A stretch of DNA of 21,288 nt from Candidatus Caldarchaeum sp. (GTDB lineage Archaea > Thermoproteota > Nitrososphaeria_A > Caldarchaeales > Caldarchaeaceae): assembly GCA_038844785.1 (NCBI GenBank), contig JAWBRA010000027.1:1-21288 (forward strand), read 5' to 3'. The notes beneath the pieces were generated by a model. The model made no database searches and was not told where the DNA came from. It saw nothing but the letters and a program-made list of their open reading frames with translations. Both the position numbers and the translations under genes were made by a program. Positions 6,520-15,504 of the stretch are shown one piece after another (the first letter of the stretch is position 1; each line of letters begins with the position of its first letter).

Positions 6520-7652
6520 GAAACTGGATGACAGCGGTCGCGATAACCATATCCATGATAGGCCTGAGCGTTCTCCTGCACTCGCCCTTCACCAACCCCA
6601 GCCTGTACACGGACATTCTCGGCTTCTTCTGGAATGATTTCGCAAGCAGAGATAGGATACCCTATCAACAACTCGACGAAACAGGCAGTCATTTCGAATA
6701 CCCGTTCGTTTCAGGCTTACTCTCCATACTGGCTTGGAAGACGGGCGGAGACCTTGCAGGGTTCTACGCCGTATACTCTGGAATGGTGGCTGCTTCAGCG
6801 CTCGCCATGGTGTACGCCATGATGCGTCTCCACGGGAACAACGGCTTCTGGATGTATCTCGTGTCCCCAAGCCTCGTCGTCTACGGTGTTTATGGATACG
6901 ATGTGTTCCTAGCCGCCTTGACAGCTCTAGCCGTACTCTTCTTCACCAGAGAAAGATACAGTCTTTCAGCGATACTGCTGGCTCTGGCCTTCCACACCAA
7001 GCTTCTCAGCATACTCTTCCTCCCCTACGCGTTGCTGAGGCTTGACGGCAGACAGAGGCTGAAATACCTAGCTGTCTTCGGGTCAGTGGCTGGAGCACCC
7101 ATCATAGCGATGCCGGAGGCGTTCAGAGCCGTCGTAGAAGCCCAGACCGTCTGGAGCCTTGAAAACGCGTGGTACGTCCACGTATTCCCAGACGCCGCCT
7201 CCCCGGTCGGACCCAACACAGCCCCCGGCCTCAGCACGGCCATTCTCTTCGGGTTAATCGGCATGTCCATGCTCTATGTTCATGTTCTCAGGAAAGCCCT
7301 CAGCCCTGCCCAGTTCATGCTTCTTGCCACGGCCTCATACCTGATGTTCACGCCCAGATACAGTCCTCAGACAAGCATATTCCTCCTGCCCTTCCTCCCA
7401 GCCTCGGGCGTCCTTACGCTGGGGTTCCCCTTATGGGAGCTGTCGAACGCAGCCATAATACTGACGTGGTTCACCACATCCGAGCCCTTCAAACCGTGGA
7501 GCGTACCGCAAACAATGACGTTGGTCAGGTTCATAGCCCTGTCAACAATATTCGTCCAAAGCCTGCACGCCGCAGGCCTGCTGAAAAAACCATCGTCAGC
7601 GATACCGTACCTTCCCAGAATCGTCTCTGTTCTGAGGAGGCTCAGGGTTTGA
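6516..7652 (+). CDS. GT87/DUF2029-like GT-C glycosyltransferase
   Basis: YTDI, FEYP, YDVF, HTKL and YSPQ motifs in a multi-TM protein. ATGA overlap with the upstream stop. Confidence 0.78.
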   Translation: MRNWMTAVAITISMIGLSVLLHSPFTNPSLYTDILGFFWNDFASRDRIPYQQLDETGSHFEYPFVSGLLSILAWKTGGDLAGFYAVYSGMVAASALAMVYAMMRLHGNNGFWMYLVSPSLVVYGVYGYDVFLAALTALAVLFFTRERYSLSAILLALAFHTKLLSILFLPYALLRLDGRQRLKYLAVFGSVAGAPIIAMPEAFRAVVEAQTVWSLENAWYVHVFPDAASPVGPNTAPGLSTAILFGLIGMSMLYVHVLRKALSPAQFMLLATASYLMFTPRYSPQTSIFLLPFLPASGVLTLGFPLWELSNAAIILTWFTTSEPFKPWSVPQTMTLVRFIALSTIFVQSLHAAGLLKKPSSAIPYLPRIVSVLRRLRV

Positions 7653-8254
7653 GGGCTCTGCTGATAGCTTTTATAGTGTCCGCCGCCGTCTCCGCAGCCC
7701 TCTCCCTGACAATAGGGCCGCAGGAGTTCATGAAAATAGTATACATGACTCCTCAAGGGCTTGTCCTCATCGGCAGGGGTTTAATGACTTACTGGCTCGT
7801 ATATCCAGCTACTGGAAGCGAGCTGGCCGCGGTGTTCGCAGCCATTCTCTTCAACAACACGGTGAGCCTGACAGCGGTTCTCTCAGCTCCAGCCGTAATC
7901 CACCTAGCACACAGTAGATGGAGATGGGATGGTGGACGACCTTATACAAACTGGCTTCTAAGGAGCTGCGGCTGGAGCTGTTGTCGGAAAGCAATAGCAA
8001 CGATAGCCATCATATACATAACCATGCTTGGTCTGACTTTGTCGGCGGCGGTTCTTTTCCGTGGACCGGCACTGTTCATGCCTCTGGAGTCCGCCTACGT
8101 AGCCATCGCTTCAATCACCGTCTACAGGGCGTCACAACTTCAGGAGGAGGAGTTCGGAGTATTTTATCCGAAGATGGTTAGAAAAGTCCTACCCACCATA
8201 GCCACTTTACTCATAACCTCAGCCATAATTGAAGCCTATGAACTACTATGGTAA
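7649..8254 (+). CDS. SpoIIM-family (DUF95-like) membrane protein
   Basis: ILFNN, PLE and terminal SAIIEAY motifs. TTGA overlap with the upstream stop. The 7169-7648 extension in the ORF track looks spurious. Confidence 0.7.
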   Translation: MRALLIAFIVSAAVSAALSLTIGPQEFMKIVYMTPQGLVLIGRGLMTYWLVYPATGSELAAVFAAILFNNTVSLTAVLSAPAVIHLAHSRWRWDGGRPYTNWLLRSCGWSCCRKAIATIAIIYITMLGLTLSAAVLFRGPALFMPLESAYVAIASITVYRASQLQEEEFGVFYPKMVRKVLPTIATLLITSAIIEAYELLW

Positions 8255-8657
8255 GCTGTGGGAAAGAGTAGCTAGACACATCCCCTACCTCTGGAGGTTC
8301 TCAGTCGTCGGGCTGTCCGGAGTCGCCGTAAACCACGCGCTTTTTACCTTCCTGCTGTCGCAGGGTTTCAGCCCGGTGGTTTCAAGCGCCGCAGCCGTTG
8401 AGCTCAGCGTTCTGAACAACTTCGTCCTCAACGATGTCTGGACCTTCCGGGGGGCCGGCAGGCGAGGTCTGGCATACAGGCTGGGGATGTTCCATGTGTC
8501 AAGAGCTCTGGGAGCAGTTGTCAATGTTTTGACAGTGGCGGCTATGACGGGCTTACTTGGAGCTAATCCAAATATATCCAACTTCGTCGGAATAGCTCTC
8601 GCCATGCTCCTTAACTATTTTACAAGCGTTGGGGTGGTGTGGCGTGCTGGAGGATAA
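8238..8657 (+). CDS. GtrA-family lipid-linked sugar flippase
   Basis: RFSVVGLSGVAVN, ELSVLNNFVLNDVWTF and NY..S..VVW motifs with 4 TM segments. Confidence 0.9.
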   Translation: MNYYGKLWERVARHIPYLWRFSVVGLSGVAVNHALFTFLLSQGFSPVVSSAAAVELSVLNNFVLNDVWTFRGAGRRGLAYRLGMFHVSRALGAVVNVLTVAAMTGLLGANPNISNFVGIALAMLLNYFTSVGVVWRAGG

Positions 8658-9309
8658 AGCCGCCCTGCTGACCCTGTCGCTGGCCGTCGCCTCACTGCTA
8701 TCTGGAGCCGTCTCCGGAATATTTCTCCAGACGTTTTACAACGTGGGCTTCGCAACAGCTCTCACAGCCTTCGTGGAGAAAGCCTCGCGGACGACTGCCG
8801 TGGTCCCCAACGTAGCCGAGCAGGCCGTCGCAGCGTCCACGGCCATACAGCGGGCTGTAACAGGCCAGCCGGCTGAAAAACCCAAGCCCGTCTTCCTGAT
8901 GATGGGTATAGCGCTGTCCAACCTCAGGCCACTGCTTCTGATACCGGCCATACACTCGGTCATGCCTTTCGGCATGCTTCTGGAGGGCAGGGGGAGGCTG
9001 AAAAACCTAGGAACAAGGCATGAAAGCGTCATAATGGCTTCAGCGCTGGCACCCCTAGCCATTAACGGCTACGCCATGGGTGGCAGTATCTCAGAATACC
9101 CCATCATAACCTATCTCCTTGTCCTCGAGCTCCTCCCCCTAGCGCTCGTCTCCTACATCGCCGCTAAAGCCTTTCTCTCGCCTTCGACAGGCCTTGAAAG
9201 GCTGAAGACGGCTTACACAGGCTGTCTAGGCATCTTCACAGCCAGTCTGGTGATAACCTTCGCCGCAGCATCCATGGAGGCATGGCTTGCAGGTGGTTTC
9301 TATGACTGA
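8644..9309 (+). CDS. Second SpoIIM-like membrane protein
   Basis: IALSNLR, AINGYAMG, LELL and terminal AASMEAW motifs. GTG 8644 is preceded by GGGGTG. Confidence 0.7.
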   Translation: MLEDKAALLTLSLAVASLLSGAVSGIFLQTFYNVGFATALTAFVEKASRTTAVVPNVAEQAVAASTAIQRAVTGQPAEKPKPVFLMMGIALSNLRPLLLIPAIHSVMPFGMLLEGRGRLKNLGTRHESVIMASALAPLAINGYAMGGSISEYPIITYLLVLELLPLALVSYIAAKAFLSPSTGLERLKTAYTGCLGIFTASLVITFAAASMEAWLAGGFYD

Positions 9310-11086
9310 AAACGTCCTCATATGCCCTTCTTGCGGCGCGGAAAACCCAGACGGCGCAGGCTTCTGCATGCTCTGCGGACGAAAGCTAACCGTGGCCGTG
9401 GAGAAGGAGACAAAGAAAACGAAGAAATCCGAGCCTGTCAGAGAAAAACCCGTCCCGAAGAAACACGTCAAAGACACCGCAGCCGGCGAAAAAGCTGAAA
9501 ACATCCTCAAAGCACTGCAACAGTTCCTCCTCACAAACCTGCCCACCCCAAAGCCTCTCTCAGAGCCTGACGAGCTGACGGAAGCCGAGACGCTGGCAAG
9601 GTATCAGGTCGGGCTCTCGACCGTGAGGATAGCTAGGCTCGACGCAACAGGCTTGTATCTGGTGACCGAGCCGCCGATATCAAGCGAGGGGAAGCTGGTC
9701 TACGCCCTCACGCTAGACACGCTTTTCAGAGAATCCACGCTGCCGCCGGTTGAGTTCATTAGACAGCCTATGAGAGTCGGCAGGGAGGGCGTTCACACGG
9801 AGGCCGCAGCCCTAGACAACATGATAACCGCCGTTATAGTCAAGCAGCTCAATAGACTCGGCATACAGCCCACCAACGAGAGAATCCTTGAGGTCAAATA
9901 CTACGTCAACAGAAACGTTTTCGGATACGGTCCGGTAGACGTACCGGTCAACGACCCCGCTGTCGAGGACATTTCATGCGTCGGCCCCAGAATACCCGTG
10001 ATGATAGCGCACAGAGACTTCGGCCACCTCCACTACCTTACAAGCAACATAGTCTTCAGCTCGGACGACGAGATAAACGACTTCATGAACAGACACGCCC
10101 ACAGAAGCAACACCGTGATGACGCTCCACAAACCATACGCCGACTTCCCCCTAACCGACGGAAGCAGGTTCGCCGGCATCCTCGGAAGAGAGCTGTCGGC
10201 CTTCGGACCAACGTTCACCATAAGGAAGTGGCCGACAGACCCCTGGAGCCTGCCACGCATCGTCAGGATGAAGATGCTCACACCCCTCATGGCTGCCTAC
10301 GTCTGGTTCGCCCTCGAGAACAAGGCCCTGATAGGCATTGCTGGGCCGACAGCCTCAGGGAAGACAAGCCTCTTCACAGCGCTTCTCGCATGCCTGGACC
10401 CCAACAGCAAGATAATCACGATAGAGGACACCTACGAGATAAACATCCCCCAGAGACACTGGCTCCCATTAACCGGGAGAAGGTCCGCTATGATATCGGC
10501 TGGACAGCTGGAGATAAGCGAGTCCGAGCTTATAGACATAGCCATGAGGATGAGGCCCGACTTCCTAGTCATAGGCGAGGTACGCAAAGACGAGTCCGTG
10601 TACCATCTGCTCAAGTCAGCCTTCACCGGGCACGGCGGAGGCTTCACGTTCCACGCAGGCTCCCCATCCGAGTTCTACTCAAGGCTTTCACTCATGCTGA
10701 GGAAAACCGGGATGTCGGAGGCTATGCTCGCCTTCCTGTGGGGCTGTGTCATAACCAGCTTCCAGGACACCCCCAACGGAAGAGCTAGAAGAGTAACCTC
10801 GATAGCCGAGATATTCCCATCACCTGAGAAGCCGGAGGGAATTGACGTCCTAGACATCTTCAGATACAAGGCCTCGGACGACACCTTCCACCCGGACAGC
10901 ATCGACGAGGTTATATCCAGAAGCAGGAAGCTACGCTGGTACCTCCAGTCGATGGGCTACGATGAAGAACATCTGGCGAAACAGCTACGCTACAGAGTTG
11001 AAGCCATCCAGTACGGCGTCGAACGAAACATGAGCAGCACGGTATTCCACCAATACGTCGCGGAGGTGAGACGACGCTGGGCGTGA
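9302..11086 (+). CDS. Type IV pilus/secretion ATPase (VirB11/TadA/FlaI family) with N-terminal zinc ribbon
   Basis: CPSC..FCMLC ribbon, GYGP..VNDP.VEDI, Walker A GPTASGKT, Asp box TIEDTYE, MRMRPDFLVIGEVR and His box TGHG..FHA. Confidence 0.95.
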   Translation: MTENVLICPSCGAENPDGAGFCMLCGRKLTVAVEKETKKTKKSEPVREKPVPKKHVKDTAAGEKAENILKALQQFLLTNLPTPKPLSEPDELTEAETLARYQVGLSTVRIARLDATGLYLVTEPPISSEGKLVYALTLDTLFRESTLPPVEFIRQPMRVGREGVHTEAAALDNMITAVIVKQLNRLGIQPTNERILEVKYYVNRNVFGYGPVDVPVNDPAVEDISCVGPRIPVMIAHRDFGHLHYLTSNIVFSSDDEINDFMNRHAHRSNTVMTLHKPYADFPLTDGSRFAGILGRELSAFGPTFTIRKWPTDPWSLPRIVRMKMLTPLMAAYVWFALENKALIGIAGPTASGKTSLFTALLACLDPNSKIITIEDTYEINIPQRHWLPLTGRRSAMISAGQLEISESELIDIAMRMRPDFLVIGEVRKDESVYHLLKSAFTGHGGGFTFHAGSPSEFYSRLSLMLRKTGMSEAMLAFLWGCVITSFQDTPNGRARRVTSIAEIFPSPEKPEGIDVLDIFRYKASDDTFHPDSIDEVISRSRKLRWYLQSMGYDEEHLAKQLRYRVEAIQYGVERNMSSTVFHQYVAEVRRRWA

Positions 11087-12900
11087 AAACAACGTACTGG
11101 GCCATAGCCGCAGCCCTGTCAGCAGTATGGACAGCCTACATGGAGCTTCTGGGACCCGGTTCAATACAGTACCTCATACCTGTTCCCGCCACCCTCATAG
11201 GAGCCGCTTTAGGCTCGGCCCTCAGCGGCAGACTGTCTGAGAAGCTGGTCACTTATGCCACCACGCTCGTGGAGAAGGCTCAGGTGAAGAAGATACCGGT
11301 TGACGTAGCGGATGAAATGGGGAAGCATATAGGAATGAGTATAGCTATTGCAGCCGCTTTCACGCCGACGGCTGTTGCCACACTCATTGGCATGGGACCC
11401 GGAATGCATCTACTACTGGTAACTCTAGCCGTAGCACCAATAATACCCGCCTCCACATACATGCTGTCATGGTCTAACAGGGTTGGGGAGAGGAAGGAGA
11501 GAACCGACTGGGAGCTGCCTTTCTTCACAGTTTACGCAACCATTCTAGCCCACTGCGGACTAACGCTTTACGCCAGCATGCGGCTGCTGGCCAAAACCGG
11601 GAGAAGGCTTTTCCACCAGATAACCAAGGAGGCTGAGAGTGTTGAAAGGCTGACAGAGCTGACGGGAAGAGGAGTCATCGAAAGCCTCGAGATACATGCG
11701 TCAAACCATCCTCATGAAGGCTTTCAGAGCCTTGTGTACAGCGTCACAAGCGTCTGGAGAATGGGCGGAGACATTGTTTCCACGCTGGAGGACCGTGCGA
11801 CAGAGTTCCTCAAATCCCTCGAGGAGAGATACGATAGATATGCTACGCTTGTCTCCGCCGTGATGGAGGCCTTCATCATACTTCTCCTGCTTCTGCCTAT
11901 GGGGCTTGTTCTAACCGCCGTCACAAGCCCCGGTCACAGCGCCTCAATAATCGCTTCGATGACTGTGGGCGTCATACCCACAACAGGAATCCTGATGTAT
12001 TTCTTCGTGAGAAGCAAGTCTCCCAAACATCTGGACGATATAAGAGCCAGACCCGTGGACGCTGCTTTCGCCGCAGCCATGGCCGCGGCGACGCTTCCAC
12101 CGCTCATAGTCGTCAACGCCCCCCAGACGCTTCTCTTCACAATACCCGCCGCAGCGTTCTCAACAGGACTTTACATCAGGATGAGGCCGCTTATAGCTGA
12201 GCTGAGGGAGTGCGACACAGAGGCTAGGAGGTGGCTCAAGGATGTCACGGAGTTCAGAAGGCTGGGCAACCCTCCGGCCACAGCCGTAATGAAGACCGCG
12301 AACCATAGATACAAGCCTAGGTTCATGAAAATACTCGAATCCATCATAGCTAGGATGAACATGGGGCTGACCATATGGGAGGCCGGGGCAGGCGTCGTGA
12401 AAAGCTGGCTTCTCAGAATGAGCCTCTTCCTGCTCCACAGCATCAACATGTCGGGAGGAGGCTCGCCATTCCTGATGGAGAAGCTCGTCGAGCTTCTGAG
12501 AAGCTACAACCTGGCCAGGGAGAAGGCATCTGGAAGGCTTTCGCCCTTCAAGTATCTGGCGTTCTCGATGCCCTTCATAACAGCCCTCACGATAGGCATG
12601 GTTCTCCCGATAGCGAACCTAGGCGGCCTGTTCCAGACAACCGAGGGCGGGCAGGTAGTCGGCGGAGCAGGGCTGCCGATAGCCGCCATAACCCCGGAGG
12701 AGATGCTTATGGTCGCTGACTCGGGAATGGTGATGATAGCCGTCGGCAGCCTCTTCTACATGCTGATTATAAGCAGGGCGGTGGACGGCCATCCCTACAA
12801 CACGTGGCGAATAGCGCTGGTCATGCTGGTCACAGCCGCATCGTACTATTTGATGACCCCCATCGGCGACATCATGACATCCATGCTGAGGTGGAGTTAG
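11083..12900 (+). CDS. Pilus membrane platform protein (TadC/FlaJ/GspF family, two cytoplasmic repeats)
   Basis: GTGA overlap with the ATPase stop. Two ELP/GG-type cytoplasmic domains alternate with TM bundles. Confidence 0.88.
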   Translation: MKTTYWAIAAALSAVWTAYMELLGPGSIQYLIPVPATLIGAALGSALSGRLSEKLVTYATTLVEKAQVKKIPVDVADEMGKHIGMSIAIAAAFTPTAVATLIGMGPGMHLLLVTLAVAPIIPASTYMLSWSNRVGERKERTDWELPFFTVYATILAHCGLTLYASMRLLAKTGRRLFHQITKEAESVERLTELTGRGVIESLEIHASNHPHEGFQSLVYSVTSVWRMGGDIVSTLEDRATEFLKSLEERYDRYATLVSAVMEAFIILLLLLPMGLVLTAVTSPGHSASIIASMTVGVIPTTGILMYFFVRSKSPKHLDDIRARPVDAAFAAAMAAATLPPLIVVNAPQTLLFTIPAAAFSTGLYIRMRPLIAELRECDTEARRWLKDVTEFRRLGNPPATAVMKTANHRYKPRFMKILESIIARMNMGLTIWEAGAGVVKSWLLRMSLFLLHSINMSGGGSPFLMEKLVELLRSYNLAREKASGRLSPFKYLAFSMPFITALTIGMVLPIANLGGLFQTTEGGQVVGGAGLPIAAITPEEMLMVADSGMVMIAVGSLFYMLIISRAVDGHPYNTWRIALVMLVTAASYYLMTPIGDIMTSMLRWS

Positions 12901-15233
12901 TGAGACAGGTTGCCGTAATAATTACAGCACTCATACTGTTGTTGTCCACAGCCGCTCAGGAACAGCGGGAGTACGGAGTATCCCTGTCGGCAAGCCCTCC
13001 AGAATGCGCAACAGCCCTGCTTGGCGGCGGCAGTTATAGAGAGGGGTCTCAGGCCGTGTTAGAGGTGAGAACAAGCCTCGAATGCAGGTTCGTCAAATGG
13101 GTTCTGAGCGGCGGCGGTCTGCCGCGTGAGGTGTCGGCAAACCCCTTCACATTCTACGTATTCGGAGACGTTCAAGCCACAGCCATGCTCGAGAAACTCT
13201 ACAGAGACAACGGAACCGTCATAACCAGAGTTTACGTAGCTTTCACAGCCAACATAACATCCAACGCCCTCAACTTTCCCAAGCCACGGATAGTGAAACC
13301 CGGGGAGGTTGTTGAGTTCTCAGCGCCAACCGAGGTGCTTGACGGAGACTTCAAGTATGTATTCCTTTTCTGGAGCGGGCCTGAAGGGCTTAGATTGGAC
13401 CGGCCGCATGGAAGAATAGCGGTCAACGCCTCCACAACGCTCGTAGCCAACTACTACGCTTTCAAAAGATTTCTAGACGAGTACTATCCGCTGCACCTCT
13501 TCGTCCGGCCGTCTTTCCAAGACATAGAGCTTCCCGACGGAAGGGTTCAGCGAGTCGAGGCGATGAAAGTAGCTGGAGTCAACAAAACACTTCCCATACA
13601 ACCCGTTCCAGAACCCCTGCTCAGCCTGATAGAGCCAGTATACCGGACGTACGTCCCGTACATAATATCGGTGGACTCGCCTAAACCCGTCAAGGTAACC
13701 GTCAACAAACTACCGCTGGAGATAGGCTCCTCCGTTAAAATGATGGACAGGGAGGGGAGTTCAGTCGTTATCGAAGCCCCCTCCAAGACACCAGCCGTCA
13801 GGCTTGTTGGAGCCGACCTATCCGGACGCATCCTACCTCTCACAGGCAGCGACGCCGAGCTCATAGCAGTAACCCTCCAAACACCTGTCATCATACACTT
13901 ACGCTACATAGCCACGCCTCATGGATTCTTGACAGAGATGCCTATCATAGGCGAAGCGGCTTACAGCGTCGCCGACATGTTCTACAGCCTGCTAAGCCTC
14001 TTCACACGGGACGCCTACAGCATTCCCGTATACGTCGCTATAGCCGCACCCCTCGCAGTCGTAGCTACGGCAGGAGCTGGAGCGTACTTCGGCGTCAGAA
14101 AAATCACCCAAGGAGGGGTGAGGGCAGCAATCAGGACAGCCGGGAGCCTGAGGCTAAGGGATAGAATATCTCCGCTCCTCGAAAGAGAGTCCGCGCCCGA
14201 GATAGTGGTCCGCAGGACCGAGCTGCCTCCGAACAGCAGGCTAACCATGCCGGAGAGCCTGAAACTTAGGCTGCAAGACATAGAGTATGAACCCGTTCCA
14301 GAGCCATCCGTGGAAGATGACACGACGGATGCGTGGGGTAAAGGCCATAATCTTACCGAGAAAGTGGACGAGCTTCTCGAGAAACTGCATGCCGGGGAGG
14401 AAGGCACCTTCCCATCCTCGATACTCCAGCTAATACCTTTCGACGAAGAACTGTTTGAAGCGGTACAGTCCCGTAGAATCAGGTTGAACACCGACGACAC
14501 GCCAGCCCTATATCTCACGCAGGCCGCAAGGCTCTACTCCAGGGTCACATCCATGCCTTCAGGTCTTATAACCGTCTCGGGAGGCGATGAGGAGATGAGG
14601 AACAACGCCATCGAATACGCCTTGAAAAACGCTGGAAGAAAATGGGTTAGACTGGGTAGGGACACGATTCTCCCCACCGACGAAGCAGGGATTAGAGCGT
14701 TTTTGAAAAAGCTCAACGCCGACTCAATCATACTTTACGGATACAACTCCAGACAGCTTTCTCAGGCAGCCATCACGTCCAAGAAGCTGGTGATATCCAT
14801 TCTACAGGACGGTGGAGACATAGTTTTTCCAGAGATTTCCGACGACATGCTGCCCGGAGTAGCGGCGTCAATGCTTGCGGAGAAAGACCTTATCAAAAGA
14901 CTGTCCTACACAGAGTTCGAACATCTGCTGGGAATAGCGAGATGTTTCAGGAAAACAACAACGGTCAAGACGTTCATAAACCTGCTCGACGAAGAAGGTC
15001 TGCCGCCTTCAGAAGCACTGGACCAGCTGTGGACAAGAGAGTTCAGAGAGGCTTTCCCCGGCTTCGAGACCAAGATAGCCCTAACAATCCTGAAGCAGAA
15101 CATGACGTATGAGGCTGCTAGAGACCTGTACATCACGGCATACAAGCAGGTCACTCCCGGAGGAGACGCGGCTGCTGCGTGGAGAGCCTTCCTAAGCAAG
15201 CTGGAGAAGCTGGGGATGAGGATTGAAAACTGA
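12900..15233 (+). CDS. Large single-pass protein: signal peptide, InlB-B-repeat-like extracellular domains, TM, cytoplasmic alpha/beta domain
   Basis: Repeats GGGSYREGSQAVL..CRFVKW..NPFTFYV and PGEVVEFSAP..YVFLFWSG. TM segment IPVYVAIAAPLAVVATAGAGAYFGV followed by RK. Start moved to GTG 12900. Confidence 0.75.
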   Translation: MRQVAVIITALILLLSTAAQEQREYGVSLSASPPECATALLGGGSYREGSQAVLEVRTSLECRFVKWVLSGGGLPREVSANPFTFYVFGDVQATAMLEKLYRDNGTVITRVYVAFTANITSNALNFPKPRIVKPGEVVEFSAPTEVLDGDFKYVFLFWSGPEGLRLDRPHGRIAVNASTTLVANYYAFKRFLDEYYPLHLFVRPSFQDIELPDGRVQRVEAMKVAGVNKTLPIQPVPEPLLSLIEPVYRTYVPYIISVDSPKPVKVTVNKLPLEIGSSVKMMDREGSSVVIEAPSKTPAVRLVGADLSGRILPLTGSDAELIAVTLQTPVIIHLRYIATPHGFLTEMPIIGEAAYSVADMFYSLLSLFTRDAYSIPVYVAIAAPLAVVATAGAGAYFGVRKITQGGVRAAIRTAGSLRLRDRISPLLERESAPEIVVRRTELPPNSRLTMPESLKLRLQDIEYEPVPEPSVEDDTTDAWGKGHNLTEKVDELLEKLHAGEEGTFPSSILQLIPFDEELFEAVQSRRIRLNTDDTPALYLTQAARLYSRVTSMPSGLITVSGGDEEMRNNAIEYALKNAGRKWVRLGRDTILPTDEAGIRAFLKKLNADSIILYGYNSRQLSQAAITSKKLVISILQDGGDIVFPEISDDMLPGVAASMLAEKDLIKRLSYTEFEHLLGIARCFRKTTTVKTFINLLDEEGLPPSEALDQLWTREFREAFPGFETKIALTILKQNMTYEAARDLYITAYKQVTPGGDAAAAWRAFLSKLEKLGMRIEN

Positions 15234-15504
15234 AAAAAACCCCGTATCGGAGGCGTTAGTACAAGCCGCTGAGACAATATACCACAAGCTTCCCGAGATG
15301 GCGGACATCGACACCGACCTCCAACCTGAGGAAATTTTTTCAAGGCTGAAACGGTTCTTCGACGACGGTGAAGACCCTCTCGCCAGCCATATTTTACTCT
15401 CACGCATAGTCAACCTGTCTTTGAAGATGCTTGGGGAAGACTGGCAGGTAAGACTGCTCAAGCTTCTGGAGGAGGTGAACACATGTCAGGCCAGCCAACC
15501 ATAA
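15223..15504 (+). CDS. Small hypothetical alpha-helical protein
   Basis: 93 aa; overlaps both neighbours and fills the operon gap. Confidence 0.7.
   Translation: MKTEKNPVSEALVQAAETIYHKLPEMADIDTDLQPEEIFSRLKRFFDDGEDPLASHILLSRIVNLSLKMLGEDWQVRLLKLLEEVNTCQASQP

Noticed and set aside
7169-7648. N-terminal 160 aa of the 361-aa ORF
   Set aside because: Alternate-frame overlap with the GT87-like gene. The real start is probably TTG 7649.
9976-10788. 270-aa alternate-frame ORF and other nested or antisense ORFs such as 18538-19389
   Set aside because: Shadow ORFs of well-supported genes, with biased composition and no motifs.
9302-12900. Archaellum operon (flaI/flaJ)
   Set aside because: No recognisable archaellin, FlaH or FlaF/G in the window, so gene symbols were withheld.
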